Shown piece after piece: positions 31,789 through 42,070 of a stretch of DNA of 64,000 nt. Origin of the DNA: an uncultured Gammaproteobacteria bacterium (lineage in GTDB: Bacteria; Pseudomonadota; Gammaproteobacteria; DRLM01); assembly GCA_963729605.1 (NCBI GenBank), contig CAVSNY010000003.1, forward strand, positions 64,001 to 128,000, given 5' to 3'. How positions within the stretch are numbered: the first letter of the stretch is position 1; each line of letters opens with the position of its first letter. A program made the translations under genes and the position numbers. The notes beneath the pieces were generated by a model. The model worked only from the letters and a program-made list of their open reading frames with translations. It searched no databases and was not told where the DNA came from.

Positions 31789-32888
31789 ATGTTGGAAATC
31801 AACCCACTGCGTAGACAGATTGAAGATATGAAGGGACGCGCCGCGTCTCTGAGGGGGTATCTTTGACTACGATAACAAACGCGAACGTCTGATCGAGGTC
31901 GAGCGCGAGCTGGAAGACCCCTCCGTGTGGGACAAGCCGGAACGGGCGCAGGACCTCGGCCGCGAGCGGGCCAAGCTGGAAGAGGTGGTGAATACCATCC
32001 GTAGTTTGGAGGGCGGGCTCAACGATGCCGCCGAGTTGTTGGAGATGGCGGGCGAGGAGGACGACGAGACCGCCGTGTCCGAGGTGTCCGCCGATCTGGA
32101 AAAGATGGAGCAGCGCCTCGCCGCCCTGGAATTCCGCCGGATGTTCTCCGGCGAGATGGACCCCAACAACGCCTTCGTCGATATCCAGTCCGGTTCCGGC
32201 GGCACCGAGGCGCAGGACTGGGCCAATATGCTGCTGCGCATGTATCTGCGCTGGGGCGAACGGCGCGGCTTCAAGACCGAGATCATCGAGCTTCTCCGAG
32301 GGCGAGGTGGCCGGCATCAAAAGCGCCACGGTGCGTTTCGAAGGCGAATACGCCTACGGCTGGCTACGGACCGAGACCGGCGTGCACCGCTTGGTGCGCA
32401 AGTCGCCTTTCGATTCCGGCAATCGCCGCCACACCTCGTTCGCCTCGGTGTTCGTCTCGCCGGAAGTGGACGACGATATCGACATCGAGATCAATCCGGC
32501 CGACATCACCGTCGATACCTACCGCGCCAGCGGCGCCGGCGGTCAGCACGTCAACAAGACCGAATCGGCGATCCGCATCACCCACGCGCCGAGCGGCATC
32601 GTGGTGGCCTGTCAGAGTGACCGTTCGCAGCACAAGAACCGCGCCACCGCCATGAAACAGCTCAAGGCCAAGCTTTACGAATTGGAGTTGCTTAAGCGGC
32701 AAGCCGAAAGCCAGAAGCTGGAAGACAACAAGGCCGACATCGGCTGGGGCAGCCAGATCCGTTCCTACGTGTTGGACCAGTCGCGCATCAAGGATCTGCG
32801 CACCGGGGTGGAGACCGGCAATACCCAGGCGGTATTGGACGGCGATTTGGACGATTTCATCGAGGCCAGTTTGAAGAGCGGCCTGTAA
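31789..32888 (+). CDS. prfB: Peptide chain release factor 2; programmed +1 frameshift plus a second apparent frameshift near 32291-32294
   Basis: MLEINP...LRGYL then CTT-TGA-C; [13 protein letters not shown] recognition motif, [12 protein letters not shown], spread over three frames. Confidence 0.95.
31852..31867 (+). promoter_or_regulatory. prfB programmed +1 frameshift cassette
   Basis: Internal SD AGGGGG, 3-nt spacer, CTT TGA C at 31861-31867. Confidence 0.95.
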
Positions 32889-32896
32889 AATTAAAT

Positions 32897-32975
32897 GTAG
32901 GGTGGGTTAGGCGCGCCGTTTGCGCCGTAACCCGCCAAGTCAAATCCGCTGGGTTACGCCGGCCAACCCATGCTA
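32897..32975. repeat. REP-like inverted doublet (GTAGGGTGGGTTAG...CGTAACCC family)
   Basis: GTAGGGTGGGTTAGGCGC...GCGCCGTAACCCGCC and an inverted degenerate copy GGGTTACG...AACCCATGCTA. Confidence 0.65.
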
Positions 32976-32989
32976 ATGGTTAATCCGAA

Positions 32990-34498
32990 ATGACCGAACA
33001 AAACAATCAAACCGAATCAGCCCAAGACGAACATGCTTTGATCGCGCAACGCCGCGCCAAGTTGGCGACGTTGCGCGAACAAGGCGGCGCCTTTCCCGTG
33101 GACTTCCGCCGCAACGTGGTGGCGGGCGAGCTGCACGCCGAATACGGCGACAAGGACGCCGATTATCTGGAAGCGAATCCGCTGCGCGTGAAGGTCGCGG
33201 GGCGCATGATGGCCAAGCGCCTCATGGGCAAGGCCAGCTTCACCCAGTTGCTCGACATGTCCGGCCGCATCCAGTTGTTCATCCAGCGCGACGCCTTGCC
33301 CGAGGGCGTGTACGAGGCCTTCAAGAGCTGGGACGTCGGCGACATCCTCGGCGCCGAGGGCGTGTTGTTCCGCACCAAGACCGGCGAGCTGTCGGTGAAG
33401 GTGGATCAGCTACGCCTGCTCACCAAATCGCTGCGGCCCTTGCCCGACAAATGGCACGGCCTGTCCGACACCGAGCAGCGTTACCGTCAGCGCTATGTCG
33501 ATCTCATCATGAACGAAGTGGCGCGCAAGACGTTTCAGACGCGCACCGCCATCGTCAATTACATCCGAAATTTTCTCAACACGCGAGGTTTCCTCGAAGT
33601 CGAGACACCGATGATGCAGGTGATACCGGGCGGCGCCACGGCGAAACCCTTCGTCACTTTTCACAATGCGCTCGACATGGAGCTGTTCCTGCGCGTCGCG
33701 CCGGAGTTGTATTTGAAGCGTCTGGTGGTCGGTGGTTTCGAGAAGGTTTACGAGATCAACCGTAACTTCCGCAACGAAGGGTTATCGACGCGCCACAACC
33801 CCGAGTTCACCATGCTCGAGTTCTACGAGGCCTACGCGGATTATCGCGACCTGATGGACCTCACCGAGATTTTGCTGCGCGGCATGGCGCAGGACCTGCT
33901 CGGCGCCACCACCATCACCTATCAAGGCGAACAATACGACTTCGGCAAGCCTTTCGAACGTATGACGGTGAAGGAGTCCATCCTGCGCTTCAATCCGGAT
34001 TTGAATACGGCGGACCTCGACGATGTGTCACATGCGCGCCGGGTCGCGGAACGTTTGGGCATCCCCCTGAAAAACGGCTGGGGCCTCGGCAAGGTGCAGA
34101 TCGAAATCTTCGAAAAGACCGTCGAGTCGCGCCTCAAGGACCCGACCTTCATCACCGCCTATCCCACCGAGGTCTCGCCGCTCGCGCGGCGCAACGACGC
34201 CGATCCCAGCGTCACCGACCGCTTCGAGTTCTTCGTCGGTGGCCGCGAGATCGCCAACGGCTTCTCGGAGCTCAACGACGCCGAGGACCAGGCCGAACGT
34301 TTCCGCAAGCAGGTTCAGGACAAAGACGCCGGCGACGAAGAGGCCATGCACTTCGACGAGGACTACATCACCGCCCTCGAGCACGGCCTGCCGCCGACCG
34401 CGGGCGAGGGCATCGGCATCGACCGCCTGGTGATGCTGTTCACCGACTCGCCGTCGATCCGAGACGTGCTGCTGTTCCCGCACATGCGGCACAAATAA
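32990..34498 (+). CDS. lysS: Lysyl-tRNA synthetase (class II)
   Basis: [40 protein letters not shown]. Confidence 0.98.
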   Translation: MTEQNNQTESAQDEHALIAQRRAKLATLREQGGAFPVDFRRNVVAGELHAEYGDKDADYLEANPLRVKVAGRMMAKRLMGKASFTQLLDMSGRIQLFIQRDALPEGVYEAFKSWDVGDILGAEGVLFRTKTGELSVKVDQLRLLTKSLRPLPDKWHGLSDTEQRYRQRYVDLIMNEVARKTFQTRTAIVNYIRNFLNTRGFLEVETPMMQVIPGGATAKPFVTFHNALDMELFLRVAPELYLKRLVVGGFEKVYEINRNFRNEGLSTRHNPEFTMLEFYEAYADYRDLMDLTEILLRGMAQDLLGATTITYQGEQYDFGKPFERMTVKESILRFNPDLNTADLDDVSHARRVAERLGIPLKNGWGLGKVQIEIFEKTVESRLKDPTFITAYPTEVSPLARRNDADPSVTDRFEFFVGGREIANGFSELNDAEDQAERFRKQVQDKDAGDEEAMHFDEDYITALEHGLPPTAGEGIGIDRLVMLFTDSPSIRDVLLFPHMRHK

Positions 34499-34503
34499 TT
34501 CGT

Positions 34504-34537
34504 GCAGGGTGGGTGAGGCCGAAGGCCGTAACCCACC
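34504..34537. repeat. REP-like repeat (same family as 32897)
   Basis: GCAGGGTGGGTGAGGCCGAAGGCCGTAACCCACC. Confidence 0.6.
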
Positions 34538-34586
34538 AAACCGCGCCCTAGGCGCACGGTATGTTTTTTCCCGGAAGCCGCGTCCG

Positions 34587-35183
34587 CTAGTCCGCCGCCT
34601 TGAGCGCCCGCGCCAAGTGGTTCAAGGCCGCGAGCACCTTATCGACCGACTGCGCCGCCTTCGCGTCTTTCAGCGCGCCGGCCTCGTCGAAGGCGTCATT
34701 GGCCCTGCTCAACGCGAACTGCTGCGGCGCGACGATCATCGCAAAGGCCATCTGCAGATACTGGCGCAGAAAGTTCATGGCCCGTAAGCCGCCCAGCGCG
34801 CCCGGCGAGGCGGCCATCAGTCCGGCCGGTTTGTTGGCGGTGGCCGCTAGACCGCTGGGGCGCGCCGCCGTTTCGGGAATACGCGACAACCAGTCGAAGG
34901 CATTGATCACCAGCGGCGTCGGAAAGCCGTTGTATTCCGGTGTGACGATGAGCACGGCGTCACAGTCCAACAGCGCCCGGTGCAAGCGGTGCGCGCCGTC
35001 CGGAATGCCGGAGGCGGCCTCGTTGTCGCCGTCGTAAACCGGCAGGTTCAATTCCCGCAGATCAAACTCCATTGTTTCGATGCCCGCCGCGCGCGCCTTC
35101 GCCGCCGCCGCCGCGGCCAATTTGTGATTCAACGAGCCCTTGCGGACACTGCCGGGAATGATGAGCAATTTGTTACTGGACAT
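34587..35183 (-). CDS. NAD(P)H-dependent FMN reductase (flavodoxin fold)
   Basis: PGSVRKGSLN, VTPEYNG, INAFDWLSR, SPGALGG. Confidence 0.9.
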   Translation of the reverse strand: MSSNKLLIIPGSVRKGSLNHKLAAAAAAKARAAGIETMEFDLRELNLPVYDGDNEAASGIPDGAHRLHRALLDCDAVLIVTPEYNGFPTPLVINAFDWLSRIPETAARPSGLAATANKPAGLMAASPGALGGLRAMNFLRQYLQMAFAMIVAPQQFALSRANDAFDEAGALKDAKAAQSVDKVLAALNHLARALKAAD

Positions 35184-35212
35184 GCGCGGTCTCCGTGGAT
35201 TGGGGATCAAGG

Positions 35213-35354
35213 TATTCAGAGGTTCCCGCGGCACAGGGATGTGCCGCCATTTTCAATGGTGTCAGCCATTGAAAATGAAAGGAAGCGAAAATCACCTTTT
35301 CGCTGCTCGTGCTCTGAAAATTCCAGGATGGAATTATATTCAGAGCTTCCTTAA
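35213..35354. mobile_element. Putative MITE / non-autonomous element remnant with four hairpins
   Basis: TATTCAGAG(G/C)TTCC at 35213 and 35337, four adjacent hairpins between them, TTAA flank. Confidence 0.5.
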
Positions 35355-35388
35355 GCATAACCCACCCGCCACGCGGGCGGTGTCTGGG

Positions 35389-35733
35389 TCAGATTGCCTC
35401 GCCAAATTTGAGCAGGTTCCCGTGCGGATCTATCACGTACAGCTCTTTCATCCCCCAGGCCCGCACCGCGGGTGTTTGAAGCGCCAATCCCCGCGCCCGA
35501 AATTCTTCGTACAAGGCCTGAGTATTCGCCACCCGCACATAACACGAGGTGTGCTCCGCGATGTGCCGTTCGCCGCACAGCCAGAAATGAATCTCGGCGC
35601 CGTCGCGGCTGACGATCAGGTAATTATCCGTTTGCAATGCGTTTATGAAACCGAGTCGTTCCGTGTAAAACGAGGCGCTCTCGCCGATATCGAGCGACGC
35701 CAGCACGGGAACGGTGCCGTGGATCAGTTTCAT
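35389..35733 (-). CDS. VOC / bleomycin-resistance-like protein
   Basis: VPVLASLDIGESASFY, EIHFW, SCYVRV, WGMKELYVIDPHGNLLKFGE. Confidence 0.85.
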   Translation of the reverse strand: MKLIHGTVPVLASLDIGESASFYTERLGFINALQTDNYLIVSRDGAEIHFWLCGERHIAEHTSCYVRVANTQALYEEFRARGLALQTPAVRAWGMKELYVIDPHGNLLKFGEAI

Positions 35734-35808
35734 GGAAGGACTCGTCAAATGGGGGTTGGATAGGGCGCCGTGCAAATTATCGCTTACGTCATGCGTCTCT
35801 CATACTTA

Positions 35809-36672
35809 TCACTGCGCCTCGTCGGCCGGGTCATTTTTCGCCGCCCAGCGCCGCCGTTCCGCTTCCTCGCGCGCCGCCTCGATTTCCTTCAACACGGCGT
35901 CGATGTCGGCCAGCGCTTCGTCGCGCTCGAAGCGGCCGGTCAGATGCACGTCGGGGTGGAGCAGGCCGCTCTCGTATATTTCCCAGATTTCCCGGCCATA
36001 ATCGGTGGTCAGAATAGCGGGCGCGTAGCGGCCGAAATACATTGCCAGGTTTTCAACGTCGCGCAACAGCATGCGGCAGGCGTTATTATTGCCGGCGGCG
36101 TCCACCGCCTGAGGCAGGTCGATGATCACCGGCCCGTTCTCGTCGACCAGTACATTGTATTCCGACAAATCGCCGTGAATGACCCCGGCGCAGAGCATGC
36201 GCACCACCTCAAGGACCAACCGGCGATGATATTCCTCGGCGAGTGCCGGTGTGAATTCCAGGTCGTTGAGCCGCGGCGCGGCCTGGCCATCCGCGCCGGC
36301 CACCAGTTCCATCAGTAATACGCCGTCGAAATAGCCGTAAGGCTGCGGGACGCGCACGCCCGCCGCGGCCAGCCGGTACAAGGCATCGACCTCGGCGTTC
36401 TGCCATGCCTCTTCCGCCTCTTTGCGGCCGTAACGGCTGCTCTTTTCCATGGCGCGGGCCTGCCGGCTGTTGCGCACCCGGCGTCCTTCCTGGTATTGGG
36501 CATGGCTACGGAAACCGCGTTGATTGGCCTCCTTGTATACCTTGGCGCAGCGGATGTGGTCTCCGCTGCGGACGACGAAGACCGACGCTTCCTTGCCGCT
36601 TTTGAGCTGGCGGAGCACTTCGTCGACTATGCCGTCGTCAACCAGGGGTTGGATGCTTTTGGGAATCTTCAT
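35809..36672 (-). CDS. RIO1-like Ser/Thr protein kinase
   Basis: LKSGKEASV, CAKVYK, LLMEL, IHGDLSEYNVL, IIDLPQ, RDVEN. Confidence 0.9.
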   Translation of the reverse strand: MKIPKSIQPLVDDGIVDEVLRQLKSGKEASVFVVRSGDHIRCAKVYKEANQRGFRSHAQYQEGRRVRNSRQARAMEKSSRYGRKEAEEAWQNAEVDALYRLAAAGVRVPQPYGYFDGVLLMELVAGADGQAAPRLNDLEFTPALAEEYHRRLVLEVVRMLCAGVIHGDLSEYNVLVDENGPVIIDLPQAVDAAGNNNACRMLLRDVENLAMYFGRYAPAILTTDYGREIWEIYESGLLHPDVHLTGRFERDEALADIDAVLKEIEAAREEAERRRWAAKNDPADEAQ

Positions 36673-36920
36673 GGCCGCCCTTATACACGAGCCGGCCGGA
36701 AACGGCCATGGCGCGACGGCGCCTGGTCCGTAAACCCTGTCCGTGCATGATAATAATCCTGGGCCGGGTGCATCATGATCGGAATTCATGGTTGAGGCGG
36801 CGGCGCGACGCAGCCGCTCGTGGTATCAAGGTGACTGTTGGCGCAGCGTGACCCACCCCATCCGCGCCGTCAGGCGCGCCCTTTGTGATGATCGATTGAC
36901 GAGCCGCCGCGCGACAGCGC

Positions 36921-36957
36921 GGTAGGTTACGTTGCGGGTGCGGCTAACCCAGCCTGC
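36921..36957. repeat. REP-like repeat (same family as 32897, reverse orientation)
   Basis: Reverse complement reads GCAGGCTGGGTTAGCCGCACCCGCAACGTAACCTACC. Confidence 0.55.
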
Positions 36958-37052
36958 ATCATTTTAAAATGGAAATTGCAGGGTAATTTCATGCTGAAAT
37001 GAAAAATGGATTTTCAGGAAGCGCTTTGAAAGCGCATCAGGCCGTAGAAATT

Positions 37053-37898
37053 CTATCCCCGCAACAAGGCCTGCGCCTCCCGCAATTCCCCCTGCGCCTC
37101 TTCCATCGCCTTCATGCTTTCTTCCGGGGTCATGCCCAGCCGTTCGAAGGCGGGGATGGTGTCCCAGTCGATTTTCGCGAGGCGGTGCTGGGTGCCGATG
37201 TAGCTGTGGAGATTGGCGACGATCACCACGTCCACGTATTCCACCGGACCTTCGCGCTTGAGGGTGATGTCTTCGTGTTCGGCGGCGACGTTGACGATTT
37301 CGGGAGGGAAGCTCCACTCTTCGAGCACCGTCGGTCCGACCATGGTGTGCAGGCGGCGCATCACGGTTTCCAGCGCGGCGGTGTCGCTCAATAATTCGGG
37401 GTGGAGTTCGACGCGGCTCAGCACCGGCAAGACGCCGATGTCGTGCACCAGACCGGCCAGCAGGGCGTGGTCGGGCCGCAGATCGGTGAAGTGCTTGCAG
37501 ATGACTTGGCTCAAGGTCGCCACTTTCGTGCTGTGTTGCCACAGGTTCTTCATATAATTTTTGATCAGCGGGTGGGTGGTCTGTGATTGATAGAGTTGTT
37601 CCATCACCAGACTGGTCACCAGATTGCGGATCATGTCGGTGCCCAGCCGGGTGATGGCGACCCGCAAATTGTCGATGGGCGAGCTGCCGCGATAGGCCGG
37701 GCTGTTGACCACTTTCAGCAGACGCGCCGACAGCGCCATGTCCATATTGATGAGCTTTTCCACCTGGCCGGCGGTGACGTGGGGGTCTTGCACGAGCTTG
37801 CGCACCCGCATGGCCACCTCGGGGAGGGTGGGCAGGGTGATGCGGTTGGCGTTGAGGTCTTCGAGAAACCCCGAGAGGAAACGTTTTTCCAATTCCAT
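37053..37898 (-). CDS. Stand-alone HDOD domain protein
   Basis: LPTLPEVA, DMALSARLLKVVNSP, AITRLG, LWQHS, LAGLVHDIG. Confidence 0.9.
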   Translation of the reverse strand: MELEKRFLSGFLEDLNANRITLPTLPEVAMRVRKLVQDPHVTAGQVEKLINMDMALSARLLKVVNSPAYRGSSPIDNLRVAITRLGTDMIRNLVTSLVMEQLYQSQTTHPLIKNYMKNLWQHSTKVATLSQVICKHFTDLRPDHALLAGLVHDIGVLPVLSRVELHPELLSDTAALETVMRRLHTMVGPTVLEEWSFPPEIVNVAAEHEDITLKREGPVEYVDVVIVANLHSYIGTQHRLAKIDWDTIPAFERLGMTPEESMKAMEEAQGELREAQALLRG

Positions 37899-38088
37899 GT
37901 CAGCCGATTCCTAGTGCACCTATTACGAAGTTTAGTATCGGCGGCGGCATGGATTTCTTCACTGGGGGCCAAGGGCCGGGCGGAAGGTCGCCGGGCGTCC
38001 CTTGCGAAGGGGCGAATGTTGGAACCTCAAAATCGATTGTGAGAATAATCGGCGGGTGTGATCATCCCCACGTTATTCGCCGACGAAC

Positions 38089-38151
38089 GCGGGCGGCGGT
38101 TAACTCGGCGCCCTCACCACGGCGGGTGGCGGTTAGCTTGGCGCCCTCACC
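38089..38151. repeat. Tandem 30-bp direct repeat, period 33
   Basis: GCGGGCGGCGGTTAACTCGGCGCCCTCACC versus GCGGGTGGCGGTTAGCTTGGCGCCCTCACC, 27/30 identical. Confidence 0.8.
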
Positions 38152-38181
38152 CCTGCCCCTCTCCCGCCCGCGGGAGAGGGG
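38144..38181. repeat. BoxC-like repeat (reverse orientation)
   Basis: CCCTCACCCCTGCCCCTCTCCCG-ccc-GCGGGAGAGGGG. Confidence 0.8.
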
Positions 38182-38357
38182 TTAGTAATGGATCAGTTGG
38201 TTCGAAATACCCCGCGGCTTGTTGCGGGGACTTGGGCGATGGGTTTTTAAAGGAAGCGGTGCGGCGCTCCCCTTTGGTTTTGCCCGCGGGGACCATGCCT
38301 CGCGGGCGCTCTAATGTGACCCGAGGTTTATATTTCAACTTTTGAGATGGGTTCTAA

Positions 38358-39434
38358 TTAATCGCCGCCGGCATCGAGCGCATAAGGCAGCGGCAAGCGG
38401 CGGCAAAGCGGACCGTCATGGCCGCCCAGCCGCAATTCACCCTCGGCGCCGGCATCGAGGTGCAACACCGCCAGCAGTTCGCTGCCGCCGTCGGGCGACG
38501 CTTGGGCGCGCACCACGCCGCCCGCGCTTTCGTCGCCGCGCAGCGCGGAGTGAAAGAGCGGGGTGGCGGGCGGGGGCGGTGTGTCCTGCTCGCAATGCAG
38601 CCGAAACATCCGGCGTTTGAGTTTGCCGAGATAATGCATGCGGGCGACCACCTCCTGGCCGGTGTAACAGCCTTTTTTGAAGCTGATGCCGTCGAGCAAA
38701 TCGAGGTTGAGCATCTGCGGCACGAAGGCGTCGCTGGTCTCGGGGTAGACGCAGGGCAGCCCGGCTTGAATGTCGAGATACTCCCACGGCCCGGCGCCCA
38801 CCGGCGCGGCGTGGACATGAAGTTTTCGCCAGAGCGCTTGCAGCGGTGCGAGTTCGCCGCACAGTTCGAAGCGCGCATGGCCGCCCGCCACACGGATCAC
38901 GCTGACGCCGCCGCTGTGGACCACGTCGTTCACCGCCGCGGGCAGGTCGGTGTTCAGCGCGTCGCGCAGATGCGCGCCGCCGCGCGGATCGGAATAACCG
39001 ATATGCACCCAGCCGGTAACCGTCTCGAGGGCGACCTTGCTCATCATGATGTATTTGCGCAGACGGGCGAGGGTCGGTTCTAAGAGCGCGGTGGGCAGAA
39101 TGAGGTAATAGCTATCGTCGCGGCGGAAAAAGCGGGTGACCGCCAGCGCCCGGCCTTTGGGGCTGCAATAGGCGCTGAGTCGGCTCTGGTCGTTGCCGAG
39201 CGCGCGGAGATCGCTGGTGAACTGGCCCTGCAAAAATTTTTCCGCGTCGTTGCCCTGCGCGGAGACCAGCGCAAAGTGGGAGAGGTCGGCGATGATCTCG
39301 CCGGAGACGGCGATCTGGATTTCCTGCGCCGGGTTGCCGAAGTGTTGCACGCGGCCCGCGGTGATCGACGCACCGGTGCTCTCCAGCAAGGCGCGCCATT
39401 CCTCCGGCATATCGTAAGTCTGTGTTTCGCTCAT
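38358..39434 (-). CDS. ygfZ: Folate-binding Fe-S/tRNA-modification protein YgfZ
   Basis: FLQGQFT, PQMLNLD, SFKKGCYTGQEVVAR signature. Confidence 0.93.
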   Translation of the reverse strand: MSETQTYDMPEEWRALLESTGASITAGRVQHFGNPAQEIQIAVSGEIIADLSHFALVSAQGNDAEKFLQGQFTSDLRALGNDQSRLSAYCSPKGRALAVTRFFRRDDSYYLILPTALLEPTLARLRKYIMMSKVALETVTGWVHIGYSDPRGGAHLRDALNTDLPAAVNDVVHSGGVSVIRVAGGHARFELCGELAPLQALWRKLHVHAAPVGAGPWEYLDIQAGLPCVYPETSDAFVPQMLNLDLLDGISFKKGCYTGQEVVARMHYLGKLKRRMFRLHCEQDTPPPPATPLFHSALRGDESAGGVVRAQASPDGGSELLAVLHLDAGAEGELRLGGHDGPLCRRLPLPYALDAGGD

Positions 39435-39519
39435 AAGAAAATTCATCCTGGCCATTGCAATCGGGTACGTGGAGCATAATACTAGATCAACGGCAGGAGA
39501 TGGCTATACCACGATTTGT

Positions 39520-39903
39520 ATGCCTAACAAAAACGACCGACCGGTTTTTCTCGATCTGACGCGTATTCACATGCCCGTCAACGCCCTGGTGTCGATTGCG
39601 CATCGCCTGTCCGGTCTGCTGCTGTTTCTCGCCATTCCCTTGGTGATCTTCGTTCTGAGCCTGTCGTTGCGCGACGAAAACGGCTACGCGCAAGCGCGGG
39701 CCTTGCTCGACGGCGGGGCGATGAAACTGCTCGCCCTGCTGGTGTGTTGGGCCTTGGCCCATCATCTGTTGGCCGGTCTGCGTTTTCTGCTCATCGATCT
39801 CGGCGTGGGTGTGGATCGCGACTCCTCGCGGCGCAGCGCCTGGCTGGTCAACATCGTCAGCGGGATCGCCCTGCTCGTGCTGGGAGGCATCCTGTTTTCG
39901 TGA
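39520..39903 (+). CDS. sdhC: Succinate dehydrogenase cytochrome b556 subunit
   Basis: [23 protein letters not shown]; 3 TM helices. Confidence 0.92.
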   Translation: MPNKNDRPVFLDLTRIHMPVNALVSIAHRLSGLLLFLAIPLVIFVLSLSLRDENGYAQARALLDGGAMKLLALLVCWALAHHLLAGLRFLLIDLGVGVDRDSSRRSAWLVNIVSGIALLVLGGILFS

Positions 39904-40235
39904 TCTCGCGATCTCATGGGTTGAAGGCCTGGCTGATTCAGCGCCTGAGCGCCGTCTACATGGCGGTGTATTTGGCTGGCGCGATCTTTTGTCTCGTCGT
40001 TTCGCCGCCGCAGGATTATCCGCAATGGAGAGCCTTGATCGCCGCCCCGGCCGTGAGCGTGGCGACCCTGCTGTTCTTCGGCATGTTGCTGGTCCACGCC
40101 TGGGTGGGGATACGCGATGTGGTGATGGATTACGTTCACGTCTACGCCTTGCGTTTCGTATTGCTGGCGCTGGTGGCCGGCGGACTGGTGGTCATGGGGG
40201 TGTGGGTGCTGCAAGTGATAGCGGGGATCTGGTAA
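39900..40235 (+). CDS. sdhD: Succinate dehydrogenase hydrophobic anchor subunit
   Basis: [25 protein letters not shown]; GTG overlaps the sdhC stop. Confidence 0.92.
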   Translation: MISRSHGLKAWLIQRLSAVYMAVYLAGAIFCLVVSPPQDYPQWRALIAAPAVSVATLLFFGMLLVHAWVGIRDVVMDYVHVYALRFVLLALVAGGLVVMGVWVLQVIAGIW

Positions 40236-42007
40236 TGGAAATCAAGAGCGCGGTGCCGCGGCGGCGCTTCGATACCCTGGTGATCGGCGCGGGCGGCGGC
40301 GGTTTGCGCGCCGCGCTGCAATTGTCGCAGGCCGAGGCCACCGTGGCGGTGGTATCGAAAGTGTTCCCCACCCGTTCGCATACCGTGGCGGCGCAGGGCG
40401 GCATCAACGCCGCGCTGGGCAATGTCGGGCCGGACAACTGGCACTGGCATATGTACGACACGGTGAAGGGCAGCGATTATCTCGGCGACCAGGACGCCAT
40501 CGAATACATGTGCCGCGCCGCCTCGCGGCTGGTGGTGGAATTGGAACATGCGGGTGTGCCGTTTTCCCGGCTCGACAATGGCAAGATTTATCAGCGCGCC
40601 TTCGGCGGGCAGAGCCGGAACTTCGGCGGCGAACAGGCGGCGCGCACCTGCGCGGCGGCCGATCGTACCGGCCACGCCATCCTGCATTCGCTGTATCAGC
40701 AGAACATCCGCGCCAAGACCCATTTCTTCGACGAATATTACGCCATCGATCTCATCAAGGACGAGGAAGGTTACATCCTCGGCGCCGTAGTGTTGGAGAT
40801 CGAGACCGGCGAACCGCTGGTGATCGAGGCCAAGACGACTTTATTGGCGACCGGTGGCGTGGGGCGGCTGTTCCGCAACAACACCAATGCGCGCATCAAC
40901 ACCGGCGACGGCATGGGCATGGTGCTGCGCGCCGGCATTCCGCTCGAGGACATGGAGTTCTTCCAGTTCCATCCCACCGGCATCGCCGGCAAGGGCATGC
41001 TGATCAGCGAGGCGGTGCGCGGCGAGGGTGGTTATCTGCTCAACAAAGACGGCGAGCGTTTCATGGAACGCTACGCGCCCAAGGCCAAGGACCTCGCCAG
41101 CCGCGACGTGGTGAGCCGCGCCATCGCCACCGAGGTGCGCGAGGGCCGCGGCTGCGGACCGGAAGGCGATTATATTTTGTTGAAAGTCGACCACCTCGGC
41201 GAGAAGGTGATCAACAAGCGCCTGCCCGGCATCCGCGACATGGTGCAGACCTTTTTGCATATCGATCCGTCGAAGCAGGCCATCCCCGTATTCCCCACCG
41301 CGCATTACACCATGGGCGGCATCCCCACCAATCGTTACGGCGAAGTGGTGACGGGTGTCAACGGCGCCGAGGACGTGGTGCCGGGGTTGTACGCGGTGGG
41401 CGAGTGCGCCTGCGTGTCGGTGCATGGCGCCAACCGCCTCGGCGGCAATTCGCTGCTGGATATCGTGGTGTTCGGCCGCGCGGCGGGCAATCGCATCATC
41501 GAATATCTGGGTGATCACCGTTATCACCGGCCGGTGAGCGAGGCGGCGGTCGAGCGGGCGCTGGCGCGTTTGGCGCGCTGGGATCAAAAGGGCGACGGTG
41601 AATCGGTGGCGCAATTGCGCAACGAGTTGCAGCGCGCCATGGAACACTACTGCGGTGTGTTCCGCACCGAAGACGTGTTGCGCGAGGGTTTGGAAAAGGT
41701 CCGGCAGATCGAACGGCGGCTGCCGGACGCCCGTTTGCAGGATCACAGCAAGGTGTTCAATACCGCGCGCATCGAGGCCTTCGAACTGGAAAATCTGGTG
41801 GACGCCGGCTTGGCCACCGTGAGCGCGGCGCTGGCCCGTCACGAAAGCCGCGGCGCCCATTCCCGCATTGATTATCCGGCGCGCGACGACGTGAACTGGC
41901 TGAAGCACTCGCTGTATTTCAAGGAAGGCGGCCGCCTCGATTACAAGCCGGTGCGCCTGCAGCCGTTAACCGTGGAGCCGTTCCCGCCCAAGGCGCGGGT
42001 GTATTAG
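40235..42007 (+). CDS. sdhA: Succinate dehydrogenase flavoprotein
   Basis: [16 protein letters not shown] (covalent FAD His), [29 protein letters not shown]. Confidence 0.97.
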   Translation: MEIKSAVPRRRFDTLVIGAGGGGLRAALQLSQAEATVAVVSKVFPTRSHTVAAQGGINAALGNVGPDNWHWHMYDTVKGSDYLGDQDAIEYMCRAASRLVVELEHAGVPFSRLDNGKIYQRAFGGQSRNFGGEQAARTCAAADRTGHAILHSLYQQNIRAKTHFFDEYYAIDLIKDEEGYILGAVVLEIETGEPLVIEAKTTLLATGGVGRLFRNNTNARINTGDGMGMVLRAGIPLEDMEFFQFHPTGIAGKGMLISEAVRGEGGYLLNKDGERFMERYAPKAKDLASRDVVSRAIATEVREGRGCGPEGDYILLKVDHLGEKVINKRLPGIRDMVQTFLHIDPSKQAIPVFPTAHYTMGGIPTNRYGEVVTGVNGAEDVVPGLYAVGECACVSVHGANRLGGNSLLDIVVFGRAAGNRIIEYLGDHRYHRPVSEAAVERALARLARWDQKGDGESVAQLRNELQRAMEHYCGVFRTEDVLREGLEKVRQIERRLPDARLQDHSKVFNTARIEAFELENLVDAGLATVSAALARHESRGAHSRIDYPARDDVNWLKHSLYFKEGGRLDYKPVRLQPLTVEPFPPKARVY

Positions 42008-42070
42008 AGGAAAGAAATGGGCGTGAGTTAAGTGAGATTTCACGCGCCATGATTATTGATTAGCCCCGCC

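Noticed and set aside
31861-31867. In-frame TGA early in prfB as a pseudogene signal
   Set aside because: Canonical autoregulatory +1 frameshift site
38089-38151. 30-bp direct repeats as a mini-CRISPR
   Set aside because: Only two copies separated by 3 bp
39809-40234. Apparent 142-aa N-terminal extension of SdhA
   Set aside because: Overlaps sdhC/sdhD in other frames; the true start is ATG 40235 coupled to the sdhD stop
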